Below, piece by piece: positions 33,721 through 46,979 of a stretch of 64,000 bases of DNA. Position numbers and translations under genes: made by a program. The number at the start of each line of letters is the position of its first letter. Position 1 is the first letter of the stretch. Under the pieces are notes generated by a model. The model was given only the letters and a program-made list of their open reading frames with translations, had not been told where the DNA came from and did no database searches. The stretch is from Squalus acanthias (lineage: Eukaryota): positions 126,358,001 through 126,422,000 of the forward strand of contig CM059431.1 of assembly GCA_030390025.1 (NCBI GenBank), read 5' to 3'.

Positions 33721-35433
33721 TGTAGGCTTCGCAAAATCCCCCAGAAACTCGAATAGAACCCTAAAAGGGGTGATTTTTGGATCTTAACACGAATTTGGAA
33801 TGGTGGGACCGAAATGAAGGAATTTGAGGTCAAAACCTCAGTTTTGGACATATTGAAAAGATCAAGGAAGAAAAGCCCTGAGGAAAATGACTTTGGATGA
33901 TACTATACCTTTTAAAAAGGGCCATTGGGTAAACCTGCAGTCACAGAAACACAGGCTGCGGGAAGGGGTGTGGTGAGGCAGTGGACAGCTTTTGGTAATT
34001 GGGACCAAATCAAGCTGTCTGCGAGATGTTTGCACTGCAATCAACCAAGGAGGAAGATCCTCATCCAAAACATCACAAACACATTCAAAAATGAATAAAC
34101 CAAGACCCTTTTGAAATCCCCAGGTCCAGACAGGATGCTGGAAGTCTGAAAAGAATTCCTAACAATAAAACTGCCAGTACACAGTTTCATAGCCCATCAT
34201 TCCATCAAAAACCGATTAGCCAAGTATCGACCGGAACAGTTTAACAAGCCCGCCAAAACCTAAGACAAAAGAAGGGTAGATTTGGCGCGAAGATAAGCAG
34301 GCCTCAACTGAAACCTAAATCACTTTAATGCGAAATCGATTAGTAAAACAGTTTTGGCGCGAAGAACACAATAGATCTGTACAGTATAATTGAGGGGCTA
34401 ATCCCCCAAGAAAGTTAGTTCAACACACACGACACGAGGGCGACACCAGAGCCAAGCAACAAGGAACGAGTCACAAGAAGAACCTTCGGAAGGCAGGCAG
34501 GCCTAAAGCCACGGGCAAGAAGACACGAGGAATCCGAGAGACACTGTGGTGGTGTCTCTTCAAGCCGTGCGGTTTGTTACAACACTATACTAAAAGTTAG
34601 TTCAAGGCTGTCCAGAGAGGCAGTTTAAAGTTAATAACAGTACCGAGGCACGCAAGGACAACACGCCACAGTAAGGGGGGGTCATCGACGGACGCGACTG
34701 GGGAAAAAGTTTCCCAACGCCTCACAGCAACCAAGGCCCCACGAACCAACCAACACAACGCCACCGACCAACCAGGTGCGAACCAGGCAGTCGAGACCAC
34801 CGAAAGACCAACACCAGGAAAAACCAAAGACACGCAAGTTTCCACGCTACAAACTATTCCTGAGTTACCCCTGGGTAAGATTTTTCCTTACAAACTCTAA
34901 ACCCTACCTCTAACGAAGAAAAATTGGGTACTCACCTGATAGATCCACATACGCACCTTACCGCATCAGCGGACAGACCCAAACTGACCTGGAGTGCAGC
35001 TGAAGTCTTCTACCACGTCCGGGGTATGGCAGGCCCCAACAACCAAAAACCCCAGTGAACCCCGAAATCGCGAAATACCTCAACTGTCAAGAACTGTCAT
35101 TTGGTGAGCATTATCCCTGGTCCTCTGGAATCGAACCTAGCTAGGCAGTGGGATTGGGAGGGATAAGGGGTTTTGTATACTGTAATTCTCCCTCGCCTGT
35201 ACCGTGTGTTCCCCAACCTGTGTTTAAGTATTCAGTATATTTTAAGATTGTTTGTGTTGTATTTACCTTTTCTTGAATAAAAGTCAAAGTTCTTTCATTA
35301 AAACCTGTTGACTACTGCACCTTTGTTCACAACCCCTAAATAAGTCCAAGGTCTAGAACCAAGGGAGTGGGAGCGATTCGAACCGCTCACTGAAGTCAGA
35401 GGTGAAGCTGATCCCACCACACCATCCCCTACA
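33721..35433 (+). mobile_element. Solo LTR (1713 bp) related to the LTRs of 1120-10466
   Basis: tgtagg...cctaca termini; TSD GGGGC (33716-33720, 35434-35438); shares ggtgagcat, AATAAA and tctagaacc...gattcgaacc.ctcac motifs with LTR 1. Confidence 0.85.
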
Positions 35434-35849
35434 GGGGCCTCCACTTCTGCTGAAGCCACAGGGAGAGCACCACGTAGGAGCACGCGTAAGAGAAAAATAA
35501 AGCATCTTTAGTCACAGGGGTAGGCAATTGGGTGATTGTTTCTGTTTATTGATGAAATGCCATCCCTGTGTGAATGTATTAAAATTAGGTGATGGCAAAC
35601 TGTTGGCGTGATGGCATCTGTTATTTCGGCTTAAGCAGCTCCGCATTGCGGGCTCGGCGACACTTGCGTGGTCAGGTTGGTGGTCAGAGTGAAAAGAGGC
35701 CAGAGATTCATGTCCATTGTCTATCATGTGTTAAGAAGGAGCCAAGCACATGTGCCACAATGGGCAACCTATGCAAATCTGGCCAGGATGAGTGCATCCC
35801 TTGCAACACGGGCAGCCACACGTGCTGCCACTGCTGCTGGTAGATGCAC

Positions 35850-36945
35850 CGGTCCTCCTCCTCCTCATCTGAGGAGGCTATGAACTGAGCCAGTTGCTCA
35901 TCAGGAAGCTGCAAGCCACGATGCTGTGCCATGTTGTGCAGTGCACAGCAGCCCACGACCATTCTGGAGCCCCTGGCTGCTGAATACTGCAGGGCTCCAC
36001 CTGATCTGTCAAGGCATCAGAATCGCATCTTCAGCAAGCCAATGGTTTGCTTGATGATGGACCTGGTCGAAATGTGGCTGGCGTTGTAGCGCTCCTCAGC
36101 CTCGTTAGCTGGCCTCCTGTTCGGCATCATTAGCCACTTCTTCAGGGGGTAGCCCTTGTCACCAAGGAGCCATCCATTAAGTTGGTTTGGCAGATTGAAG
36201 AGCGGAGGAACACTAGAGTTCCGCAGGATGAATGAGTCATGGCAACTACCACAGAACTTGGCGCAAATATGCAAAATCTCCTTCTTGTGGTTACACACCA
36301 GCTGTACGTTGAGGGAGTGGAAGCCCTTGCGGTTGACAAAGATAACTGGGTTGTGATGGGGTGCAGTCTATGACACCCTGCACCATTGGCAAGCCTGCCA
36401 TATTTGCAAAGCCAACTGAACGCGTGGTTACACTTGCTTGATCAATTGAGAAGTGGATGTAATTGTGCGCCTTTGCGTAAAGGGCATCGATAACCTGTGT
36501 GATGCAACTGTGGGCGGCCGACTGGGAGATGATGTCTGCTGATGATCCCTGGAAGGAGCCTGAGGCAAAAAAGTTGAGTGTGGTGGTGACTTTGACAGCC
36601 ACTGGTAAGGGGTGTCCACCCGTTCCTCTGGGCTCCAGGTGTTGGTGCAGCAGTGCGCAGATGTCTTCGACAACCTGTCGTGAAAGTCTCAGCCTCCTTT
36701 GGCACTGCTGCTCACTCATGTTGAGGAAGCTCATCCTCTGTCTGTAAACCCTGAGAGGGGGGTATCTCCTGGGGCGACGTGCTGCCATGCGCTGGCGCCT
36801 TCTGCCCTGTGCAGCATCAGGTGGTTGAGCAGGAGGTTGGCGCTCCTGCTGCTGTTGCTGCTGAGCTGCCTGGTTCTGCTGCTGCCGTGACTGCTCCTCA
36901 TCCGAATCTGAGGTCCATGATGAAAGGAAATAAATGGTTCCCATG
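35850..36945 (-). pseudogene. Harbinger DDE transposase of element A (frameshifted)
   Basis: [71 protein letters not shown]. Confidence 0.88.
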
Positions 36946-37619
36946 CTGCTGGCAGATACCTCCGTTGGGGAAGTGCTCAGTCCAAGCGGGGAGAGGGTTT
37001 TCCAAGGAGGTCCCACAGTTGAGAGATAGAAGCTGCAGCACCTCCGACTTCGGTAGGCCTGCTAAAAGTGCTGAAAGACCTGTGGAACAAAAGTTCTCCC
37101 ACCTGCAAATGATACCTGTTGAAAGCTCCGTTTTAATGGTGGAGCTGCTGCTGTGAGGAGGCCACCCACTTGTCAACCCGCCAGGATCAGCTGGTGTGGT
37201 TTAGGAGGGTCGTGCAACATGCGCAAAATGTGGCAAAATAACAAAGGCCTGTCAAAATAGGATTATAGAGGCCCTTAACTAGTATTTAAGGGTCTTAACT
37301 ACCTCTCCCGACTAATGGAGGCGGGACTGAATCGCATCCATCAAATCTGCCTCCGGCAAAATTGCGCGGAGACGGGTTGGAGGCGGGTTCCGAGCCCACG
37401 CTCACATTTTGCGATTTTCCCAACTGACCCACCTCCAAACCCACCTCCTTGGGGCTGGGAAAATCGCTGCCTATGTCTCAGGTGCTGTCCCTAACAATAC
37501 ACACTCATTCACTGATAATGACCTGTAAAGTCAGCTACTAGTGACAGTCATCTTAGAGTAATATGCAGGTATTGTATGTTTCTAACAGCCTGGCAGTCAG
37601 TAACTGAACATTACTGTAA

Positions 37620-38085
37620 CCTACATTCCACTTTGGTAGGAAGAATGGAAAAGCAGAATATTTTTTAGAAGGTGAGAGATTAGTAAATGTTGGGATTCAG
37701 AGGGATTTGGGTGTCCTTGTACACGAATCACAGAAAGTTACCATGCAGGTACAGCAAGCAATTAGGAAGACAATGGTATTTTAGCCTTCATTGAAAGGGG
37801 TTTAGAATATAAGAGTAAGGAAGCCTTGCTGCAATTATATAGGGCTTTGGTGAGACCACACCTGGAGTACGGTGTACAGTTTTGGTCTCCTTACATAAGG
37901 AAGGATATACTTGCCTTCAAGAGGTTGCAACGAAGATTCACTAGATTGATTCCTAGGATGAGAGGACTGTCCTATGAGAAGAGATTGAGTAGAATGGGCC
38001 TATTTTCTCTGGAGTTTAGAAGAATGAGGGGTGATCTGACTGAAACGTATAAAATTCTTAGAGGGCTTGACAGGGTAGATGCTGA
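37620..38085 (+). mobile_element. CR1 LINE RT C-terminal fragment
   Basis: LQLYRALVRPHLEYGVQFWSPY...RRMRGDLTETYKIL. Confidence 0.88.
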
Positions 38086-39109
38086 GAGCCAATCCGCTGG
38101 CAGGAGGTGGGTTGGCAATTTAAATATGCTAATGAGGCCTGAAGCCTCTACTTTATCCTGTTTTTTTTCAGGTTTAACTGCAGGCGGCCAGGGATCCCAG
38201 CCATCAGGATGCCGGTAGCTGCAGCGAGGTGGCCACAGCCTCAGGGAGCAATCCTGTGGGCCAGGAGGAGCAGGAGTGCTACCTCCTGGCCCCCCCAAGG
38301 TCCACCACCAGCAGTCCGCACCCCCCGGGGTCGGAGATCGGACCCCCCCCCCACCCGGGTCGGGGATCAGAACCCTCCCGGATCGCAACTGCTACCCCCC
38401 CGCTCCCGGGACAGGGATCAGACCCCTCCGGGGATCGCGACTCAGCCCCGGGGTCGGGATCGGACCCCTCCCAGGGATAGATCTCATTCCCCCCCCCTCC
38501 CGCCCTCTACCGGGTCTCCCCACACCATGCGGGTGGGAAATGGGAAATCCCAGGCCATGGAATACAATTGCTGCTATAAACAAAGCTCTTTTTTGACATA
38601 AGAGGATATATGTTTAGCAATCATTTACTAAAATGAAGAAGACTATATTTGGACTGTCAGCAATTTTATGCCCACCAATCTCATGTGGTAAAAGAAAGCC
38701 TAGACATAAACTAGCTTGGTTGATACCAACGCACATTTGCAAATTCCAATGCAGCTTAACAGTGCCAAACATTTTATAGCAGTAAACTAAAAATACCTTG
38801 CGAGCGACTTCTCATAAAAAAAGATTACAGCTAACATTAGGAAAATGTTAATGTTGTGCTCATTTTAATGAAGGCCTCGTCTTCTTAGCAGAAGTTCTGA
38901 GGTGGATGAAAAACAATAGGTTCAGAAGCACCATCACTATATGGAAACTATGACACAGCTCACTTAATTGGATCAACTCTCAGTTAATGAATTTCATTGA
39001 TGTTTCTCTGACAGCTTTAACAAACCATTTGCAACATCAAAAACAGGAGGAACCTTGATGACTATGTCGACCCATGCAGCTAGGCATTTCACCCACCCAC
39101 ATTCCCAAT

Positions 39110-42100
39110 AGTGGATACACCTTCTTCTGGAAAGGCAAATCAGAAGAGGAACGCCGTCTCCAAAATGAGCTAGTTTGGCGTCTTAGAGATTCCCCTTGTG
39201 GGATAAACGAATGCCCCGTGACCCTTCGGCTCACTCTACTCCGGAATCAATACGCTATGGTTGTCAGTGTGTACGCCCCAACCCTGGAAGCTACGGAGGA
39301 GGCCAAAGAGTAATTCTACTCCAGCCTTGAACAATCCCTGTCCCGAGTTCCAATGGGTGAGTAGCTGATTCTCCTTGGCGATTTTAATACCAGAGTTGGA
39401 AAGGACACAAACCTCTGGAGAGCTGTGATTAGCAGGGCAGGAGTGGGGAAAACCAACTCCAACGGAATCCTTCTCCTGACAAAATGCTTAGAACATGGTC
39501 TTGTCATAACCAGCACCCTGTTTCGTCAGAGAGATAAGTACAAGGCCTCATGGCAACACCCTCGCTCCAGGCATTGGCATCTGTTGGACTACGTCAGGTT
39601 CAAGCGAGGGACCGCAAGATGTCCACATCACCCGCGCCATGACAGGAGCTGATGACTGCTGCACTGACCACCGCCTAATCTGTTCCATTATCTCCATCAA
39701 CCTAGCCTCAAAATGGCGGCGGCAACAGAAACGCTGCCACAGAAAAATCAACGCTGAAGGCCTCAAAGACCCTGCAAAGAAAGCCCTATTCAGTCAACGC
39801 CTCACAGCTAACCTGACGACTCCCAATGAACCGGGGCCGCAGAGTGTCCATAGTGCCGAGTCTGCCCTTAAGTCCACCATAATTAGCACCTGTGAAGAGA
39901 CTCTTGATTACGCTACCAGAAAACACCAAGGGGGAAAATTTGGTTGATTAGCAACTCCCGTTAGCGCTTCTGGGAACTTAGCGCGCGCCGATTTTAACGC
40001 CGCTCGCGAAATTGACCAGTTGTTTTGCGGCGGTGCTGATCACTCCCACCACGATCTCCTGCGCCCGCAGATCGTGATGTCAGTCGAGCGTGTAATGCCC
40101 TGGTAGCACCCCGCACTGGATATTGAGTTGCGCCCCCTGCCTTAGCACCTGCCGCTAGGAACGACAGGTAGAGGGGAACGTTTTCAAGTCGGGAAGGGGC
40201 TGGGGGAGCGCTATTTAAAGGCGGGCGCTTCCTGCCTTTTCTTGTCGGCAAAAGTTTTGGTTTTAACGCTGTCCTAAGGAGTTTTGGCCTCAGCACCACT
40301 TTTGAGGTTCCTAAGTGCCAAGCTCTTTCCCTGGGCCTATCCTTTAGTGCTTGCAACACAATTGCTTTTGAGGTCTCTCCAGGCAAAGATTCAAGGCTGC
40401 AATGAGAAGGGTGTGGCTGGCTAGCAAGATGGTTTCTCCCCTTTAAGAACTGGACGGCGCCAGTCTGTCTGGCTTCCATGATAACTGGCATCGCCTGAGC
40501 TTCGGTAGCGTTCTGAGATAGCGCCTCGCTCCCTGACGTTTGCACCTTAAGAGAGGTGTGGAGTCCCTGATTTAACGCTCAAATCACCTCCAGGGGCGAT
40601 AGAGGTGAATTTTGCAGTCGGAGGCGATAATTAGCGCCGGGCGGTAAACTTTGCGCCTGGCCAATATTAACGCCCCAAAATGGACGATACCCAATTTTTC
40701 CCCCCAAGACTGGTTTGCTGAGAGTGACCAGGAGATCCAGGAGCTAATAAATCGTAAACGTAAGGCGTTTTTGAATTGGAAACAGCATCACAACTCGAGG
40801 GAAAGAAGACAGATTTATAGACAACTGAAGGCTTAGGTGCAACAAAACACTAGTGACCTAAAGAACAGATGGTGGGTGGAAAGAGCACAGGAGATCCAGC
40901 AACTAGCCGACAACCATGATGTGCGTGGATTCTTTAGCGCAGTCAAGACCATCTATGGCCCAAGCACCCAAAGACATATCCCGCTGAGAGCTAAGAATGG
41001 TGAGGTGCTCATCAAGGACAGAGAGGCAATCAGTGCCCACTGGAAGGAGCACTTCGAAGATCTCCTCAACCAAGACTCCGTCTTCGACGTGAGTGTTCTT
41101 GACTCCATCCCACAGCACGCTATCCGCCACTATCTCAGCACAATCCCAGTCTGGCATGAGGTTGAAAAGGCCATCTGACAGCTGAAAAACAACAAAACTT
41201 CCGGAGCAGATGAAATCCCCGCCGAAGTACTAAAGCATGGCGGAGAAGTACTCTTGGCCCGAATCCATGACCTTATCTCCCTTATCTGGAAGGAGGAAAG
41301 CATGCCAGGGGATTTCAGAGATGCCGTAATCATGACCATCTTCAAGAAAGGAGACAAGTCTGATTGCGGTAATTACAGAGGAGTTTCCCTTTTGTCTGCC
41401 ACAGGGAAAGTCATTGCAAGAATCCTCCTCAATCATCTCCTCCCAGTGGCTGAAGAGCTCCTCTCAGTCACAATGCGGATTCCGCCCACTAAGAGGCACA
41501 ATGGACATGATTTTCACTGTGCGACAAATCCAAGTAAAATGTATGGAGCAGCATCAACCTCTGTACATGGCCTTTTTTGACCTCACAAAGGCCTTCGACT
41601 CTGTCAACCAAGAGGGATTATGGAGTGTCCTTCTCAAATTTGGCTGTCCTCAAAAATTCGTTACCATCCTCCGTCTGCTCCATGATGACATGCAAGCCAA
41701 GATCCTTACTAACGGATCCATCACAAACCCAATACAAGTGAAGACCGGGGTCAAGCAAGGCTGTGTCATTGCACCAACTCTCTTCTCAATCTTTCTCGCT
41801 GCAATACTTCATCTCACCTCTAACAAGCTTCCCGCCGGAGTGGAGCTAATCTACAGGACGAACAGGAAATTGTTCAATCTCCATCGCCTTCAGTCCAGAA
41901 CCAAGATTGTCCCAACCTCTATTATTGAATTACAGCATGCAGACGGCACTTGCGTCTGCGCACACTCAGAGGCCGAACTCCAAACCATCGTTGACTCCTT
42001 CACTGAAGCATACGAGAGACTGGGCCTTACATTAAACATCTGAAAGACAAAGGCTCTTTACCAACCTGCCCCCGCCGCACAACACTGCCCCCTGACTATC

Positions 42101-42930
42101 AAAATCATGACAAGACCTTGGACAGTGTGGACCACTTTCCATACCTTGGGAGCCTTCTGTCAGCGAGGGCAGACTTCGATGATGAAATCTAACACCGCCT
42201 TCAGTGTGCCAGTGCAGGCTTCGGCCACCTGAGGTAAAGAGTGTTTGAAGACCAAGACATCAAACCCGGCACCAAGCTCATGGTCTACAGAGCAGCAGTG
42301 ATACCTGCCCTCCTGTATGCTTCAGAGACATGGATAACGTACAGTAGGCACCTCAAAGCACTGGAGAAGTATCACCAACGCTGCCTCTGCAAAATCCTGC
42401 AAATTCATGGGCAGGGTAGGAGTACCAATGTCAGTGTTCTCTCTTAGGCCAACATCCCCAACAATGAGGCATTGATCATGCTCAATCAGCTCCGATGGAC
42501 GGGCCACATTGTCCGCATGCCTGATACAAGACTCCTGAAACAAACACTCTATTCCAAGCTTCGCCACGGCAAGCGATTTCCAGGAGGGCAGAGAAAACGC
42601 TTCAAGGACGTTCTCAAAGCCTCCTTGAAAAAATGTAACATCCTCATCAACTCTTGGGAATCCCTGGCCCAAGGCCGCTCAAATTGGAGGAGAAGCATTC
42701 GAGAAGGCGCCGAACACTTTGAGTTTCTTCGTCGGGAGCACGCGGAGGCCAAGTACAAACAGCAGAAGGAGCGTAAGACAAACCAAGCACTACACCCACT
42801 CGTTCCTTCAACCACTACCTGCCCCACCTGTGGCAGAGTATGTACTCATTAGTCACCTTAGAACCCACAATATTGGAGTGGAAGCAAGTCATCCTCGACT
42901 CCGGGGGACTGCCCAAGAAGGAGGAGAAGA
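39110..42930 (+). mobile_element. Near full-length RTE-clade LINE pseudogene (EN + RT), interrupted by a MITE
   Basis: YTFFWKG, SVYAPT, NYRGVSLLS, QCGFRP, FFDLTKAFD, GVKQGCVIAP, terminal CPTC; multiple stops; GAA-rich tail. Confidence 0.92.
39930..40704. mobile_element. Harbinger-type MITE (uninterrupted sister of 412-10609)
   Basis: TIR gggggaaaatttgg / ccaatttttccccc; TSD CAA; removal restores RTE codons KHQDWF. Confidence 0.92.
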
Positions 42931-44846
42931 GTATTTACAGTGCTTTTGCCAGTAATAATTGGCTGCTCTATCACAACTTTGTTGGTAGCCTCAGGAGCAG
43001 AGGTATTGTGCTGGAATTACTGTATGTCAGTATGTATTCTTGGTGAGCTGGGCATTGGACACACATGGAAACCCATCACCATGATTAAGAGTATTCAAAT
43101 AAAGCAACTGAGAAATCCGCAATGGTTTATTGGGAGACACTCTCCCTGTTTTACCTGAGTCCAGTGATCTTAGGCACAGATTGGCAACTTTCAGCCAAGG
43201 CTTGAGGACCCTCACATGCACACAGGGCTACTGCTGGAGTTTCACCAGCTAAAATTGCGTGGAATAACAGCTTCATGCAGCAGGCCCCAAATTATAATAC
43301 TGTGGGCTGCAAGTTCCATTATTCACAGTTAAAAGTATTACCATCAGTGCTAATGCGATTTCTTTGTTGAATTTCTAGTAATTTTGCCAGCGGTGCATTT
43401 ACAACCAATTTTCATTTCATATTGGACATTAAGTAGCAGTGTTAATTCAGACCACCAGCCCAACTGAGAGCCGCTGCAGACCATAATAAGAGAATGTCCA
43501 GATGATAGTTACATGCTGAGGTAATTTTTCAGGACTAATTATGATGTTAATTTCTCTCAATCTTTAGGCCAAATTGGAAGTGGTCTGCACAATAAAGAGC
43601 TTTCTAAAAAATACTGTTATGATGATAAGTTACTTTGGAAATTGTGCTGTACAGTTAAAGTGATTTTTTAAGAAAATTACAACAAAAACACACCACTGTA
43701 ATTGTAGATATATCTTTTGCACCAGCAGGTACAATATATGCAAATATAGCTCGAGCAACTACAGAACATAAGCATATAAGAGGACCGATTTTCCTCTCTG
43801 GGCACCCAACAGGCTCAGCACACCTCGGTTCCACTATTCCTTTGGGCCATTTGCATATCCGAGGGACCTTCAGGCACAGGCCTCCCCTCCTGGCTGGGCG
43901 TTGCACATGCAGAACGGGAGCAGATGTGAGCACAGCTGGAGGCCTCTCAGGCCTGCAACAGTGAGCTCAATTCTATCTCCATGACAGGAATGCGATCTAA
44001 AGAGTGGCCGGCCCGTCTGCAAGTGGCAGCGAGGAGGCTGCTCCGATTTTAATGGCTGGGCCTCGTTAGCATGCCACCTGCCGACTTCCTGACCAAAAGG
44101 GCCGTGAAGTTGGCGGGAAGCACAGCTCGGAGGCTGCCGCCAGGGACCCATGGAAACAATCCCGGCACAAGGTAAATGGCTGCGAGGGCTCGGGGAGAGG
44201 AATTACGATCAGGGGGAAAGGGAGCCCGGGGTAGGGGAGGTGGAAGGTTTCCTTGTTGGGCTCAGAGGAGCACTCCTGCTCCTCCTGGCCGACAAGGAAC
44301 CATTCAAAAATTTAGAAAACTTACCTTTTCTGGCCCTGCCTCCTGTTCCCGACCATGGAAGCCAACACTGCCTCCCTGCTCAGATCTCAGTTAAAAATAG
44401 TCTTACCCAATAGCGTCACGCAATCTGCTTATTTAGAAAAGGCCTGGCTGGCTTCGAGCAGGTGTCCTTGACTCCTGCAATTTAAAATTGCTGTTATCCA
44501 TATTAGGGAGGGAATGGAACGGGTAAATTCCCTATTCCATTTTTAGTGCCCCCCCCCGCCCGATTTCTGCAAAGGTTGGGAATTAAAATTCCAATCAGTT
44601 CATTGGTACCCCAAGATTAGGGCCTTCTGCCTGCTGATCGAGATAAGCTTAAAATAGAGGAGACAAAGTCGAAAAAACAGACTCACCCTTCTGTCTTGAG
44701 CCTGCCCGCAGGATCCCTTCAGACATCTTGGTCAACAGGGGTCTGAGGGTAGATCATAGCACAGTTTCACTGGGTGTCCCTGTGCTAGGAAGCTCCGTGA
44801 ACATTGCCTGAGGAACTTGAGGAGGGAGGTTGGGAATGACCCTGTC

Positions 44847-45097
44847 GCAACACGGTGGCATAGTGGTTAGCACTGGTGCTTCACAGTGCCAGGGACCCGG
44901 GTTCGAATCTGACCTCAGGTGACTGTCTGTGTGGAGTTTGCACATTCTCCCCGTGTCTGCGTGGGTTTCCTCCGGGTGCTCCGGTTTCCTCCCACAGTCC
45001 AAAAATGTGTGGGTTAGGTTGATTTGGCTATGATAAATTGACCCTTAGTGTTAGGGGGGGGATTAAATATGTGGGGTTATGGGGATAGGATGGGATA
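44847..45097 (+). mobile_element. tRNA-derived V-SINE (HE1-like)
   Basis: A/B boxes and V-domain; near-identical to 27590-27895. Confidence 0.88.
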
Positions 45098-45578
45098 GAA
45101 ACATAGAACAGTACAGCACAGTACAGGCCCTTCGGCCCTCGATGTTGTGCCGAGCATTGTCCGAGACCAAGATCAAGCTATCACACTCCCTATCACTCTG
45201 GTGTGCTCCATGTGCTTATCCAATAACCGCTTGAAAGTTCCTAAAGTGTCCGACTCCACTATCACAGCAGGCAGTCCATTCCACACCCCAACCACTCTCT
45301 ATGTAAAGAATCTACCTCGGATATCCCTTCTATATCTCCCCCCATGCACCTTATAGTTATGCCCCCTTGTAACAGCTGCCTCTACCCGAGGAAATAGTCT
45401 CTGAACATCCACTCTATCTATCCCCCTCATCATCTTATAAACCTCTATTAAGTCGCCTCTCATCCTCCTCCGCTCTAAAGAGAAAAGCCCCAACTCCCTC
45501 AATCTTTCCTCATAAGACCTCCCCCCCAAACCAGGCAGCATCCTGGTAAATCTCCTTTGCACTCTTTCCAATGCTTCC
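45098..45578 (-). mobile_element. CR1 LINE 3' fragment
   Basis: [15 protein letters not shown]...RRRMRGDLIEVYKMM...TRGH and an atagaaacatagaa tail. Confidence 0.88.
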
Positions 45579-46217
45579 TTTATTACATTGTCCACTAGGC
45601 CTGCATCTACTGCAGGTGCATACAAGTTACAGCCATGGATGGAGCCCCAGGAAGTCCTGGGCAGCACAGTGCTGATGGAGATTGATGAAACATGTTTCTG
45701 CCCTTTTTACCTCTGATCTACATTTGGGGAACACCAATTCCCCCAGCACAGAACAGAGAAAAATCTATCATAAGACACTTTAGGATCAGGAAAATACCTT
45801 TAAGCACAACAGACCCATTTCTTCTTAGAAGATCAACCCAACCTACCCACCTTATTACCATATCCTGAGTCTGTTTCCTTTCCAGAATCACAACCAATTG
45901 TCTCTTCAGCTCATCCGTGCTATCGGCTTCATGAGCCGAGTCTCATAACTTATTGCACATCTCTATTACACTTTGGGTGAAAATGATTTATCTGGCCTCC
46001 CTTCTTACTCCTATATTCCCCATTTTTAAATTAAAATGCTGGTATTGAACACCTCACCAGAGTGAATAGTTTACCTGGATTATGTTTTTCTTTGAAATAG
46101 TGACTGAATCACCTAAAAGTCTTCTTTATCTTCCATGGAAAATAAGGCCACCTTCCTTAACCTTCCCACATACCTTAAATTGTTGATACTTGGAATTACA
46201 TTTGTTGCCTATATATT

Positions 46218-46961
46218 GGGCCGAAAATTGATCCCGGGACGCGAGAGTACGCACTGCATACTCTCGCGTATTCCCACTCCAATTGCCGGTTTTCTGCATG
46301 CCCTGCGCATGCGCTGAAAACCGGCAATTGCTCTTCCGAAAAGGGGGCGGGGCCGGAGTGCATCGCGTGCGCGCTACAGGCTGCGCGCACGCTGTGCACT
46401 TCATGCTTTGGACGCGCAGGTAAGTACTGAAGATTTTGGAAATGTAAAAAGGAGGAGTAAGACCCGCTTTTAAGAAGGTAAGTAGTGAATTAAGTATTTT
46501 TTTGAATTTTTTTTTACAGGTATATCTTTTTTATAGACTTTAAAGACAGGTAAGTTTATTTTTATAACTTTTTAAAAGATTTTAAATTTTTTCAAAAATT
46601 TAATTTTTTATTTAAAATGGTTAATTTAATTAACTATACTTATTTTATTAATGTGATGGTTTTTTTTTTAAATTTAATTGAGGTTTAGCTGTTATTTTGG
46701 GGGGGTGTAAGATTCATAAGTCTCTCAGCCATGCTGTGAGACTTATGAATGGAAGATGGTGTGCTGCCATTGGCTCTAACTGAGTCACGTGATCCCACAG
46801 CTCGCACGAATTAACTACGCCGCTGGGATACGCAAGCCCAGCACAGCTGATGTCTGGAACATCAATTTCGTGCGAGCTGGATCAGAAAAAGCATAAGCGA
46901 GGTGAGACATCGCGGGAAAGGCTTACCCCCGCGGGAACAGAGCGAGATCAATTTCTGGGCC
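46218..46961. mobile_element. Hairpin-rich MITE, copy 1
   Basis: TIR gggccgaaaattgat / atcaatttctgggcc; TSD ATT; homologous to 49135-49900 and 63271-64000. Confidence 0.85.
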
Positions 46962-46979
46962 ATTCTCTCAAGAAAACTA

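Larger units (their letters stand above)
23819..37471. mobile_element. Harbinger transposon A (Myb/SANT gene on +, transposase on -), host to several nested insertions
   Basis: TIRs gggggagattttccca / tgggaaaatcgctgcc; TSD TAT (23816-23818, 37472-37474); convergent two-gene layout. Confidence 0.85.

Noticed and set aside
35850..37016. Domesticated host HARBI1/NAIF1 genes
   Set aside because: The copies are frameshifted or partial, multi-copy, and mostly bounded by TIRs and TSDs, so they are transposon remnants.
44847..44920. tRNA gene
   Set aside because: A/B boxes run directly into a V-SINE body; this is a SINE head, as is the copy near 27820-27895.
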